From positions 62,001-126,000 of the forward strand of contig NIVC01002891.1 in the NCBI GenBank assembly GCA_002269645.1: a DNA stretch of 64,000 nucleotides. Direction: 5' to 3'. Under the pieces are notes generated by a model, which made no database searches, was not told where the DNA came from, and saw nothing but the letters and a program-made list of their open reading frames with translations. The position numbers and the translations under genes were made by a program. Source of the stretch: Macrostomum lignano. Its lineage: Eukaryota. Numbering within the stretch: position 1 is the stretch's first letter; each line of letters starts with the position of its first letter. Shown here in pieces: positions 1 through 39,400 of this stretch.

Positions 1-26649
<26,649 letters not shown>

Positions 26650-27127
26650 ATTGCGGCGCTTCCCTGACTACTATTATTAGTAGTAATTATAGCTATCAAT
26701 ACAGCCGGGTTTATTCGCATTTATAGTCTGCGTTGCCAATAGCAACGCCGAGACTCGGCTTTGCTTAAACGGCAAATTCGATCGATTTCTGGAATTCAAG
26801 GACGTTTCAAGTCAAGGACATTTCTTGGAAAACTTTCAAGGGCTCGCATTTTTTAAGAAGCCAATTGGGTATTAAGCCTCTGTCCAGGCCCTACGCTTTG
26901 TTTGTTTGCTAGGAGCCATATTTGTTTACAAAAAACAAACTCTAAGAAGCCGTCAACACGAGCATTTATCTGCAAGCTACATGTGTATTTTATTAACAGC
27001 ATTGAAGTCAGAACAACACTCGTACAAGAATGCGCGCTTATTGAAACACACAGAAAACTAAAAATTGCGTTTAACTGCTAACACTAAATGTGTATTTTAT
27101 AAGATCCTTGCTGTAGCTCCAGTCTGC

Positions 27128-27350
27128 CAAGGGCGATTCTGGTGGCGGACTCAAGGGCGATTCTGATGGCGGACTCAGGGGCGATTCTGATGGCGGACTC
27201 AGGGGCGATTCTAATGGCGGACTCAAGGGCGATTCTAATGGCGGACTCAGGGGCGATTCTAATGGCGGACTCAGGGCGATTCTGGTGGCGGACTCAGGGG
27301 GCGATTCTGATGGCGGACTCAGGGGGTTGGGGCTAATGGCAGATTCAGGG
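27128..27350. repeat. ~24-bp minisatellite between MRPS12 and SZT2
   Basis: Unit GGCGATTCTGATGGCGGACTCAGG. Confidence 0.9.
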
Positions 27351-27373
27351 GAGAGTGAGTCACAGTTGAGTCA

Positions 27374-27982
27374 CTACTTAGGCACAGGCTTAACAACGTG
27401 AGCGCAGTCGTATTTGCCGCGCACAACTTTATGTTTGACGCCAATCAAGTCCTGACACCTGCCGCCTCTAACCAGCACCATATTGTGCTCCTGCAGGTTG
27501 TGCCCGATGCCAGGCACGTAGGCCGTGATCTCGCGACCGTTGGACAGGCGGACTCGGACGCATCGCCGATTGGCCGAATTCGGCTTCTTCGGCTTACGAA
27601 TCAGAGTTCGCAGTACAACGCCTTTCATAAACGGCCGGCCGTCCATGTGCCGATTGGGCGGCCGCTTCTTCATGATCGGCCCGTAGCGGGCCATGCGGTT
27701 CAGCAGGTTGTCGTCTTCCACGCAGGTTGGCAACTCGATGCTCCACCGGCTGCGAGGCACCACGGCCGTTTCGTCGAACAGTTCAAGGGAATCAGTGTTA
27801 GAGAATCGCCGCTTGATGGTGCTGACAAAGCGGACTGGCAAGGACTGGAGCGCCGACAAGCAGGGAGTTCTGGTGGCTGCTGGCACTGCCAATGCTGTCT
27901 GCAGCCGGCCGCCTAGCAGCACTCGCTGGCATGCTGTGGAGGCTACCGACTGAGCAAGCGGCCTCATCAATCTGACCAGCAT
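27374..27982 (-). CDS. MRPS12: Mitochondrial ribosomal protein S12 (uS12m), single exon
   Basis: Contains [30 protein letters not shown]...[21 protein letters not shown]...VRGKYDC, preceded by an Arg-rich presequence-like N-terminus; ATG at 27982. Confidence 0.95.
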   Translation of the reverse strand: MLVRLMRPLAQSVASTACQRVLLGGRLQTALAVPAATRTPCLSALQSLPVRFVSTIKRRFSNTDSLELFDETAVVPRSRWSIELPTCVEDDNLLNRMARYGPIMKKRPPNRHMDGRPFMKGVVLRTLIRKPKKPNSANRRCVRVRLSNGREITAYVPGIGHNLQEHNMVLVRGGRCQDLIGVKHKVVRGKYDCAHVVKPVPK

Positions 27983-28134
27983 CCCGGGAATTGATTTCGA
28001 TTTTCTATAAATACGATTTGTGTGACGTATTGCGCACCCGCGGCTATACAGCATGCAAAAAACAATCAAAAGCACGTGATAATCGAATCAGGTAAGATAT
28101 ATTCACACTCATTACCTTTATATGTTAGCTTTAA

Positions 28135-29108
28135 CCTTCAGCGGGCCCTCCCTCAGCTCCTTCAGCGGACCCTCCCTCAGATCCTTCAGCGGACCCTCCC
28201 TCAGATCCTTCAGCGGACCCTCCCTCAGATCCTTCAGCGGGCCCTCCCTCAGCTCCTTCAGCGGGCCCTCCCTCAGCTCCTTCAGCGGGCCCTCCCTCAG
28301 ATCCTTCAGCGGGCCTTCCCTCAGATCCTTCAGCGGGCCTTCCCTCAGATCCTTCAGCGGGCCCTCCCTCAGCTCCTTCAGCGGGCCTTCCCTCAGCTCC
28401 TTCAGCGGGCCCTCCCTCAGCTCCTTCAGCGGGCCCTCCCTCAGATCCTTCAGCGGGCCTTCCCTCAGATCCTTCAGTGGGCCTTCCCTCAGATCCTTCA
28501 GCGGGCCTTCCCTCAGATCCTTCAGCGGGCCCTCCCTCAGCTCCTTCAGCGGGCCCTCCCTCAGATCCTTCAGCGGGCCTTCCCTCAGATCCTTCAGCGG
28601 GCCTTCCCTCAGATCCTTCAGTGGGCCCTCCCTCAGATCCTTCAGCGGGCCTTCCCTCAGATCCTTCAGCGGGCCCTCCCTCAGCTCCTTCAGCGGGCCT
28701 TCCCTCAGCTCCTTCAGCGGGCCCTCCCTCAGCTCCTTCAGCGGGCCCTCCCTCAGATCCTTCAGCGGGCCTTCCCTCAGATCCTTCAGTGGGCCTTCCC
28801 TCAGATCCTTCAGTGGGCCTTCCCTCAGATCCTTCAGCGGGCCTTCCCTCAGATCCTTCAGCGGGCCCTCCCTCAGCTCCTTCAGCGGGCCCTCCCTCAG
28901 ATCCTTCAGCGGGCCTTCCCTCAGATCCTTCAGTGGGCCTTCCCTCAGATCCTTCAGCGGGCCTTCCCTCAGATCCTTCAGCGGGCCTTCCCTCAGATCC
29001 TTCAGCGGGCCCTCCCTCAGCTCCTTCAGCGGGCCTTCCCTCAGATCCTTCAGCGGGCCTTCCCTCAGATCCTTCAGCGGGCCTTCCCTCAGATCCTTCA
29101 GCGGGCCC
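28135..29108. repeat. 24-bp minisatellite (~40 copies)
   Basis: Unit CCTTCAGCGGGCCTTCCCTCAGAT. Confidence 0.95.
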
Positions 29109-29764
29109 TACAATGCCACAGCACCCCCTTAGATTCTGAATTACTTCAAGTACAGGAGATGTAATTTGCTTAAGTTAATTTCAGAGTAATTAGATAAAAG
29201 CAGAGAAAGAGCAATACAAGTGAGCATCTGATACGCCTTGATCTGTGTATATTTAATTACTTGACATGCAGTGAAGAGCGGCGTGACTTATTGCTATTTA
29301 TAATTCAATTTTAATTGGACGAACCGCAAGAACTTGACGTGGCATTCTCTAGAGCGATAAACAGACACAAATAATACAGAAAAAATTCAATAATTTAGAA
29401 AGCAGCAGCACATGACTTTCCACACTTTGCTCAATGTAAGCATTGGCTACTATAAGTAATAATTTGCGGCCAAAACTTCTGTATTGGTATAATTCACCTG
29501 CACCCACGCGTACGAGGGGGGACATTGGACAAAAACTGTACAAAATCAAGGAAACCAAAATGGAATAAGAGCTATCATATCATGTTTTTTTAAAGCGCGC
29601 ACACAAGCAGCACACAGTAACGGAGGGCAAATCAAAACTTTAGAAACTGTATAAGGGATTTTTCTTATTATGACTAATCTTCAAATCATAGAAATTGGCT
29701 CACACAAATCTTCGGCTCCAGATTCAACTGAACTCGATAAATTTACTAATAAGAGTAGCTGTCA

Positions 29765-30210
29765 ATGCTCATGGGGGAATTGCTGAGATGCCAAAGCTCA
29801 TGGGGGAATTGCTGAGATGCCAAGGCTTATGGGGGAATTGCCGAGATGCCAAGGCTCATGGGGGAATTGCTGAGATGCCAAGGCTCATGGGGGAACTGCT
29901 GAGATGCCAAGGCTCATGGGGGAATTGCTGAGATGCCAAGGCTCATGGGGGAATTGCTGAGATGCCAAGGCTCATGGGGGAATTGCTGAGATGCCAAGGC
30001 TCATGGGGAAATTGCTGAGATGCCAAGGCTCATGGGGGGGGGGAATTGCTGAGATGCCAAGGCTCATGGGGAAATTGCTGAGATGCCAAGGCTCATGGGG
30101 GGGGGAATTACTGAGATGCCAAGGCTCATGGGGAAATTGCTGAGATGCCAAGGCTCATGGGGGGGAATTACTGAGATGCCAAGGCTCATGGGGGAATTGC
30201 TGAGATTTCA
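29765..30210. repeat. ~29-bp minisatellite
   Basis: Unit GCTCATGGGGGAATTGCTGAGATGCCAAG with a variable G-run. Confidence 0.92.
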
Positions 30211-30949
30211 TAGGGGAAACATCATTTTCCTTTAAGAAACTAACAATAGTAACTGTACAATGTCAAAAGCATGTACATGTAGTTTATTAAAAAAAATTTT
30301 CCTTTCTAAAGTAGCCTCCCCAACGGGGTCGCAGATTGTTAGTCTTTACTATCTGATAGTGGTACAAGCGCGTGAACACGTATTTAATGAGTATTTTTAA
30401 AAAAAAAGCAACAAAAAGCATCGATGTTTTACCTTTCACCTGCTGGCTATTTAAACTATTTGATGCACACTGCTTTATACAAATCATAAAATTGGAATCT
30501 GTCGTTCAAGAATCACACGAAGCCTGACAAAAGGAGTTTCAAATTATTTTTTTTGATAAACAAACTTGATAGTCTGGTCTGGAATTTTAACAGAAGCGGA
30601 ACAAAAACACTAGCAAAAGATATCTGCCTACAAACAGAGGATAAATGATAAATTAAGACTCGAAGCAATATTGCTTTTTTCAAATTCTATTTGAAAGGTA
30701 ACCGAACTTCTATTTCGAAGATGAGCGCAATATCAAATGATAAAATTTGACTCGATTTTTTTCTCATTTCTCGCGCTTCGATTGGCTGGAAATTGCTTTC
30801 TTTCTTAGAAAATCGATTTTTTAAGGTATCTTAAATAAGCATTGCTCTTGAGATCAGTTTTGCTATATTTAGCTATTTAGACACCACCCCCATCATTTAA
30901 AGCTCCGCATCTGTTCATCAGACTAAAGCAACAAAAAAGGGAATCAAAA

Positions 30950-32200
30950 ACCTGCAAAACAATTTGCAAGGATTACTACTGAAAAACTCGGGACGCAGAA
31001 CTTAAACTTGGTAGGAATTTGTATACCATTCTAAAATCAGCCATACTGCTGGCCTTAAATAGTCAGTGTTACGCTAATTAGTTAGAGACTTTTTACCATA
31101 GAGAATGCTTTCAGGCGGGCCTTGAAGAAAATTCCCACTAAGTTTTAGGTTCCGCGCAAAGATCATATATACACAAGATGGTGGTGGCCATAGAAGCTAA
31201 TGTAAATAATTTTGCATCTCGCGACAGCGCGAAAATCAACTACTGAACTCAATTTCATCAGTAGTCTCTGCAGTTAATTCATCATTCTTAGTTGAATTGA
31301 GCATTCGTTTAAATAATTCATGAGAAGTTTTATTGAATTCTCAAAAAATAGCGTCTATGTCCTTAAGCTACTGAACTCAATTTCATCAGTAGTCTCTGCA
31401 GTTAATTCATCATTCTTAGTTGAATTGAGCATTCGTTTAAATAATTCATGAGAAGTTTTATTGAATTCTCAAAAAATAGCGTCTATGTCCTTAAGCTACT
31501 GAACTCAATTTCATCAGTAGTCTCTGCAGTTAATTCATCATTCTTAGTTGAATTGAGCATTCGTTTAAATAATTCATGAGAAGTTTTATTGAATTCTCAA
31601 AAAATAGCGTCTATGTCCTTAAGCTACTGAACTCAATTTCATCAGTAGTCTCTGCAGTTAATTCATCATTCTTAGTTGAATTGAGCATTCGTTTAAATAA
31701 TTCATGAGAAGTTTTATTGAATTCTCAAAAAATAGCGTCTATGTCCTTAAGCTACTGAACTCAATTTCATCAGTAGTCTCTGCAGTTAATTCATCATTCT
31801 TAGTTGAATTGAGCATTCGTTTAATTAATTCATGAGAAGTTTTATTGAATTCTCAAAAAATAGCGTCTATGTCCTTAAGCTACTGAACTCAATTTCATCA
31901 GTAGTCTCTGCAGTTAATTCATCATTCTTAGTTGAATTGAGCATTCGTTTAATTAATTCATGAGAAGTTTTATTGAATTCTCAAAAAATAGCGTCTATGT
32001 CCTTAAGCTACTGAACTCAAATTTATAAGCAACCTATGTCGGCTTTTTCCCCACAAGTGACGAAAAAAAACGGTCGCACTTTCCCTATTACCGCCATACG
32101 AAGTGGCCCATCTAGGGAATATAAGATCTATGGTTCCGCGTCCTGAGCTTTTCAGCAGTCCTTGACAATTTACTCGATTAATTACGTAATTGAAAAAACA
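30950..32200. mobile_element. Element with subterminal inverted repeats enclosing a 128-bp tandem array
   Basis: CAAGGATTACTACTGAAAAACTCGGGACGCAGAAC near 30970 is inverted to GTTCCGCGTCCTGAGCTTTTCAGCAGTCCTTG near 32135. Confidence 0.45.
31240..32020. repeat. 128-bp tandem repeat (6 copies plus a partial)
   Basis: Units start at 31240, 31368, 31496 and so on, with period 128. Confidence 0.95.
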
Positions 32201-32327
32201 TGATTTTCATATAGAATTCAAGTTTGTTTTGCTTGCTTCTTTACTCTGTCTCTGGTTAGTCTACGGCCTTATAAGTCTCGTAACATAGAAAATCACGATT
32301 TTTCGGCCTCTCTATTCGCGTGAAACG

Positions 32328-35300
32328 ACTGTTACATGAGCACTGTGTGGTCAAGGCTGCTGTTACATGAGCACTGTGTGGTCAAGGCTGCTGTTACATG
32401 AGCACTGTGTGGTGAAGGCTGCTGTTACATGAGCACTGTGTGGTCAAGGCTGCTGTTACATGAGCACTGTGTGGTCAAGGCTGCTGTTACATGAGCACTG
32501 TGTGGTCAAGGCTGCTGTTACATGAACACTGTGTGGTCAAGGCTGCTGTTACATGAGCACTGTGTGGTCAAGGCTGCTGTTACATGAACACTGTGTGGTC
32601 AAGGCTGCTGTTACATGAGCACTGTGTGGTCAAGGCTGCTGTTACATGAGCACTGTGTAGTGAAGGCTGCTGTTACATGAGCACTGTGTGGTTAAGGCTG
32701 CTGTTACATGAGCACTGTGTGGTTAAGGCTGCTGTTACATGAGCACTGTGTGGTCAAGGCTGCTGTTACATGAGCACTGTGTGGTCAAGGCTGCTGTTAC
32801 ATGAGCACTGTGTGGTCAAGGCTGCTGTTACATGAGCACTGTGTAGTGAAGGCTGCTGTTACATGAGCACTGTGTGGTCAAGGCTGCTGTTACATGAGCA
32901 CTGTGTAGTGAAGGCTGCTGTTACATGAGCACTGTGTGGTCAAGGCTGCTGTTACATGAGCACTGTGTGGTCAAGGCTGCTGTTACATGAGCACTGTGTG
33001 GTCAAGGCTGCTGTTACATGAGCACTGTGTGGTCAAGGCTGCTGTTACATGAGCACTGTGTGGTCAAGGCTGCTGTTACATGAACACTGTGTGGTCAAGG
33101 CTGCTGTTACATGAGCACTGTGTAGTGAAGGCTGCTGTTACATGAGCACTGTGTGGTCAAGGCTGCTGTTACATGAGCACTGTGTGGTCAAGGCTGCTGT
33201 TACATGAGCACTGTGTGGTCAAGGCTGCTGTTACATGAGCACTGTGTGGTCAAGGCTGCTGTTACATGAGCACTGTGTGGTCAAGGCTGCTGTTACATGA
33301 GCACTGTGTGGTCAAGGCTGCTGTTACATGAGCACTGTGTGGTCAAGGCTGCTGTTACATGAGCACTGTGTGGTCAAGGCTGCTGTTACATGAGCACTGT
33401 GTGGTCAAGGCTGCTGTTACATGAGCACTGTGTGGTCAAGGCTGCTGTTACATGAGCACTGTGTGGTCAAGGCTGCTGTTACATGAGCACTGTGTGGTTA
33501 AGGCTGCTGTTACATGAGCACTGTGTGGTTAAGGCTGCTGTTACATGAGCACTGTGTGGTGAAGGCTGCTGTTACATGAACACTGTGTGGTCAAGGCTGC
33601 TGTTACATGAGCACTGTGTGGTCAAGGCTGCTGTTACATGAGCACTGTGTGGTCAAGGCTGCTGTTACATGAGCACTGTGTGGTCAAGGCTGCTGTTACA
33701 TGAGCACTGTGTGGTCAAGGCTGCTGTTACATGAACACTGTGTGGTCAAGGCTGCTGTTACATGAGCACTGTGTGGTCAAGGCTGCTGTTACATGAGCAC
33801 TGTGTGGTCAAGGCTGCTGTTACATGAGCACTGTGTGGTTAAGGCTGCTGTTACATGAGCACTGTGTGGTCAAGGCTGCTGTTACATGAGCACTGTGTGG
33901 TCAAGGCTGCTGTTACATGAACACTGTGTGGTCAAGGCTGCTGTTACATGAGCACTGTGTGGGCAAGGCTGCTGTTACATGAGCACTGTGTAGTGAAGGC
34001 TGCTGTTACATGAGCACTGTGTGGTTAAGGCTGCTGTTACATGAGCACTGTGTGGTTAAGGCTGCTGTTACATGAGCACTGTGTGGTGAAGGCTGCTGTT
34101 ACATGAACACTGTGTGGTCAAGGCTGCTGTTACATGAGCACTGTGTGGTTAAGGCTGCTGTTACATGAGCACTGTGTGGTCAAGGCTGCTGTTACATGAG
34201 CACTGTGTGGTCAAGGCTGCTGTTACATGAACACTGTGTGGTCAAGGCTGCTGTTACATGAGCACTGTGTAGTGAAGGCTGCTGTTACATGAGCACTGTG
34301 TGGTCAAGGCTGCTGTTACATGAGCACTGTGTGGTCAAGGCTGCTGTTACATGAGCACTGTGTGGTCAAGGCTGCTGTTACATGAGCACTGTGTGGTTAA
34401 GGCTGCTGTTACATGAGCACTGTGTGGTTAAGGCTGCTGTTACATGAGCACTGTGTGGTGAAGGCTGCTGTTACATGAACACTGTGTGGTCAAGGCTGCT
34501 GTTACATGAGCACTGTGTGGTCAAGGCTGCTGTTACATGAGCACTGTGTGGTCAAGGCTGCTGTTACATGAGCACTGTGTGGTCAAGGCTGCTGTTACAT
34601 GAGCACTGTGTGGTCAAGGCTGCTGTTACATGAACACTGTGTGGTCAAGGCTGCTGTTACATGAGCACTGTGTGGTCAAGGCTGCTGTTACATGAGCACT
34701 GTGTGGTCAAGGCTGCTGTTACATGAGCACTGTGTGGTTAAGGCTGCTGTTACATGAGCACTGTGTGGTCAAGGCTGCTGTTACATGAGCACTGTGTGGT
34801 CAAGGCTGCTGTTACATGAACACTGTGTGGTCAAGGCTGCTGTTACATGAGCACTGTGTGGTCAAGGCTGCTGTTACATGAGCACTGTGTGGTCAAGGCT
34901 GCTGTTACATGAGCACTGTGTAGTGAAGGCTGCTGTTACATGAGCACTGTGTGGTCAAGGCTGCTGTTACATGAGCACTGTGTGGTCAAGGCTGCTGTTA
35001 CATGAGCACTGTGTGGTCAAGGCTGCTGTTACATGAGCACTGTGTGGTCAAGGCTGCTGTTACATGAACACTGTGTGGTCAAGGCTGCTGTTACATGAGC
35101 ACTGTGTGGTCAAGGCTGCTGTTACATGAGCACTGTGTAGTGAAGGCTGCTGTTACATGAGCACTGTGTAGTGAAGGCTGCTGTTACATGAGCACTGTGT
35201 GGTCAAGGCTGCTGTTACATGAGCACTGTGTGGTCAAGGCTGCTGTTACATGAGCACTGTGTGGTCAAGGCTGCTGTTACATGAGCACTGTGTGGTCAAG

Positions 35301-35755
35301 GCTGCTGTTACATGAGCACTGTGTGGTCAAGGCTGCTGTTACATGAACACTGTGTGGTCAAGGCTGCTGTTACATGAGCACTGTGTGGTCAAGGCTGCTG
35401 TTACATGAGCACTGTGTGGTCAAGGCTGCTGTTACATGAGCACTGTGTGGTCAAGGCTGCTGTTACATGAACACTGTGTGGTCAAGGCTGCTGTTACATG
35501 AGCACTGTGTGGTCAAGGCTGCTGTTACATGAGCACTGTGTGGTCAAGGCTGCTGTTACATGAGCACTGTGTGGTCAAGGCTGCTGTTACATGAGCACTG
35601 TGTGGTCAAGGCTGCTGTTACATGAGCACTGTGTGGTCAAGGCTGCTGTTACATGAACACTGTGTGGTCAAGGCTGCTGTTACATGAACACTGTGTGGTC
35701 AAGGCTGCTGTTACATGAACAGTGACTGTGAGTTACATGACTGTGGTCAAGGCTC
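32328..35755. repeat. 31-bp satellite array (~110 copies)
   Basis: Unit GGCTGCTGTTACATGAGCACTGTGTGGTCAA with point variants. Confidence 0.98.
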
Positions 35756-35769
35756 AAGTCTCTCCAGGT

Positions 35770-36220
35770 GGGAAAATCCGCTTCCGGACATTTGCCCTCC
35801 GGCACTTCCCCTCCGGCACTTGCCCTCCGGCACTTCCCCTCGGCGGCGTTTGCCCTCCGGACATTTGCCCTCTGCAAATTTACCCCCTCGCACTTTACTC
35901 ACCTCACCTCCTCCTGTACCCACCCGTCGTTCCTCCAGCACCAACCTCATCCTCCCGCCTCTTGCATCCATCAGGTTCTTCTCCAGCCAACAACTCATCC
36001 TTTTCTAGTAAGCAATATATACCCGCGCCCTACCCTATCCCCAGCCTTACCTGTACTTTTCCAGAGGGGAAATGTCCGGAGGGCAAATGTCCGGAGGGCA
36101 AATGTCCGGAGGGCAAATGTCCCCGAGGGCAAATGTCCTCGAGGGCAAATGTCCGGAGGGGAAATGCCGGAGGGCAAATGTCCGGAGGGCAAATGCCGGA
36201 GGGCAAATGTCCGGTAGCCG
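35770..36220. mobile_element. Foldback/MITE-like element with tandem subterminal inverted motifs
   Basis: CCGGACATTTGCCCTCCGG copies on the left are inverted to CCGGAGGGCAAATGTCCGG copies on the right. Confidence 0.6.
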
Positions 36221-36425
36221 GGAAAATCGTTTTTTTCTCTCGAGTAAACTGTTTTTACAGGTTCTCTTTCATTCATTTTTTGCTTTAATCTGCTTAAACA
36301 GATGCGCTAAGGTAGATAAGTCTTCATAATCCTGACGAAATAGAAGTTAATTATTAACAAGCAGAAGTTGAAAAAGCAAATTTTGGAGCGGAACTCAACA
36401 GAAGACAGTTGCGGGACTAAGCGGA

Positions 36426-39400
36426 TCAGCTGTGAATGGCCTTGTCCAGGTGATTTGGAGCGTCAGCAAACCAAGACTTGAGCTTGAAGGCTTCGGCCAG
36501 CAGCAGGGTGACCTCCTCGTCGCCCCACTGATGCGTTGGCAGGTCCTGCAGCATCAGCATGAGGCCTTGGAAGTCCGATTCGCGTTTGAGGTCGCGCGAG
36601 AAGCGCAGTAGGAATGCAGCGCACACGTACAGGTGAAAATGTGAGAAGCCGTCAACTTCAGACTGCGGGATTCATGAGATGTGGCGTGAAGAATCTCCAT
36701 CAAATTTGTGGCATTTGAAATCCGTTCTAAATTTTTGCAGGATTGTCCCACAATTCTGCCCATTCCGCGCTCGCCTGAGCACACACAAGCGCCAATACTG
36801 TACGCAGGCAGCAACTCATGCACACAGCGTGTTACAGCGGCTCTGATTTTCTAAGCGTCAGGCATGTGCACTCTCTGTGCCTTGGGGTGGGAACTAATAG
36901 CATCTCATTGGAATTATTACTGTAGAATCTCATTAGAGCTTATACAATCTTACTAGGAGAACTAATAGCATCTCATTGGAACTAATAGCATCTCATTAGG
37001 GAAACTAATAGCATCTTATTAGGGAAACTAATAGCATCTCATTAGGGGAACTAATAGCATCTCATTAGGGGAACTAACAGCATCTTATTAGTTAGGGAAA
37101 CTAATAGCATCTCATTAGGGAAACTAATAGCATCTTATTAGGGAAACTAAAAGCATCTCATTAGGGGAACTAAAAGCATCTCATTAGGGAAACTAATAGC
37201 ATCCCATTAGGGGAATTAATAGCATCTCATTAAGGGAACTAATAGCATCTCACTGGAACTAATAGCAACTCATTGTTGAAACTAATAGAATCTCATTAGA
37301 GCTAATAGCTGTAATTCTACTGTTATTAGACACTATTAGATTCTACTATTATACACCCATAATGGCCAACCATCAAGGTACCGAGAGTGTGCATTCCAGA
37401 TGATGGGAAAGTCAGGGCGGCTGTACACTCCATGTAAATTGCCTCAGCGCTGGTTGTGAAACGATATCGTCAAAGGGCTCCCTGCGAATTTTGTTTTTTT
37501 TCTAACCCGCTTGTCAGACACTCACGTGATACGTGTCCCACAGCCGGATAATGCAGCGCAAAGGAATCTCCCGCATTAGTAAATTATTCATCCAGCGGAA
37601 GGCGAATTGCAGGTACTCAACATCGTGCCGTTCCAGGTGCGAATCCAAATCACCTGATAAATAAATTTGGGAATAAAGACGGGTTCAGAGAGGCTTTTGG
37701 ATTGGGATTTACGATCATAATAAATTTTACGGCTAAATCTATGGCAATATGGAATATAAAAGCTACGTAGTTTACCTGAAGAGGGGCAAGATTACTAGTC
37801 TAATATACTAGTTAAACATTATGAATAAAAATAGACAAATTAGAGATTATAAAAGCTACCCCAAGGGGGGGGGCAAAACAGCTAGTCTAATATACTAATT
37901 GAACATTATGAATATGCATAGACAGATAGAAATTATAAAAGCTACCCCAGGGGGGGGGCAAAACGGCTAGTCTAATATACTAATTAAGCATTATGAATAT
38001 ATATGGGCAGATTAGAGTCGATAAAAGCTGGGGTTGACTACTAGTCAAAAATACCAAAATTGCTTAATATGAAGAAACTTTATTAATTAGCAATCTCACT
38101 ACCCACCATCAACTCGTTGTATAATCTTCCTGAGTGCCAGCACATTCTGCTGGATGCCAGGCTGCGGGAACACGAAGTTCTCCTGTATGGTGTCCAGCAG
38201 TGCCGACAGGGACCAATAGCAGTCTGCCTCGATGCTGGCTAATTCACTATCGTTCGGCGGCTCGCCGCGCAATCTCAAACGATCGCTCGAGTCAACGTCT
38301 ACAGTGCAATATTCGGATAGGTAAACTATGAAATATGGCGTTACAAGGTCGTTCATGCCCTGCACGTAAGTGCTCGCCGGTCGGCGCATGCTCCAGATGA
38401 ACAGTATTCGGGCGAACACCTGGCAAGAGGTAAATTTTGATAGGAAAATTATAGGATAGTAGGTGAGAAATGGCTAAAATTAATGAAAAATTTCTACTAG
38501 TCTGAGCTATCATTCCGTGGACCATAGACTATACTGTACAATAATTCTACACCACTAAAGTACAGTCATGCCGCGGACCATAGACTATACTGTACAATAA
38601 TTCTACACCACTAAAGTACAGTTATGCCGCGGACCAGACTTTACTGTACAATAATTCTACACCACTAAAGTACAGTCATGCCGCAGACCATAGACTATAC
38701 TGTACAATAATTCTACACCACTAAAGTACAGTCATGCCGCAGACCATAGACTATACTGTACAATAATTCTACAACACTAAAGTACAGTCATGCCGCGGAC
38801 CATAGATTATGCTGTACAATAATTCTACAACACTAAAGTACAGTCATGCCGCGGACAATAGACTATACTGTACAATAATTCTACAACACTAAAGTACAGT
38901 CATGCCGCGGACCATAGATTATGCTGTACAATAACTTGTCTTTTGTCTACATTCCATGCCTGATTTTGAAAGTTCCAAAACTAAACTAATACTCAATTTA
39001 AATTGAGCATGCCTAAATCATACTCATTCTCAAATTTTGCAATCCAATCTGTTTATAACTTAAGTTTAAGGAAACCATTTAAGACACGCATCGACATGGT
39101 AGGTGCCGCCATAAACCATTACCTGATGAAACTGAGTATGCTCAGCCAGCACAGTCATGCGCACCAAATCCTTCAATATCTGCTTGTACATGCCGTCGTT
39201 AGCCGGCTGAGTTCTCTTGCCATAGTATTCGTCAACCATGCCAGCGTACATTCGTCGTTTCTCTTGAAGCACCGCGGCCCGCCTAGAGGAATTCACCGGT
39301 GCATATTTAATGAGCAGTTTCCACACAATCGGGCGCACAGTATGCGTGACGCCAGACCAGGCCAGCCGGCGCAGCTCGTCCATATTGGTGGCGGCAGCGC

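Noticed and set aside
27374-28075. Bacterial rpsL from contamination or horizontal transfer
   Set aside because: The long targeting-like N-terminus, the KPNSANR motif typical of the mitochondrial form and the eukaryotic neighbourhood indicate nuclear-encoded MRPS12.
28022-29164. Repetitive ORFs such as (PQILQRAF)n
   Set aside because: All three frames are open over a 24-bp array, and there is no signal peptide or unique domain.
32328-35755. CRISPR array (31-bp repeats)
   Set aside because: The units are head-to-tail with no unique spacers, there are no cas genes, and the context is eukaryotic.
37380-37479. Extra TBC1D22 exon (CGCAG|GGAGCC…)
   Set aside because: It has an in-frame TGA, and the flanking exons already join as WDTYH-SEVDGF without it.
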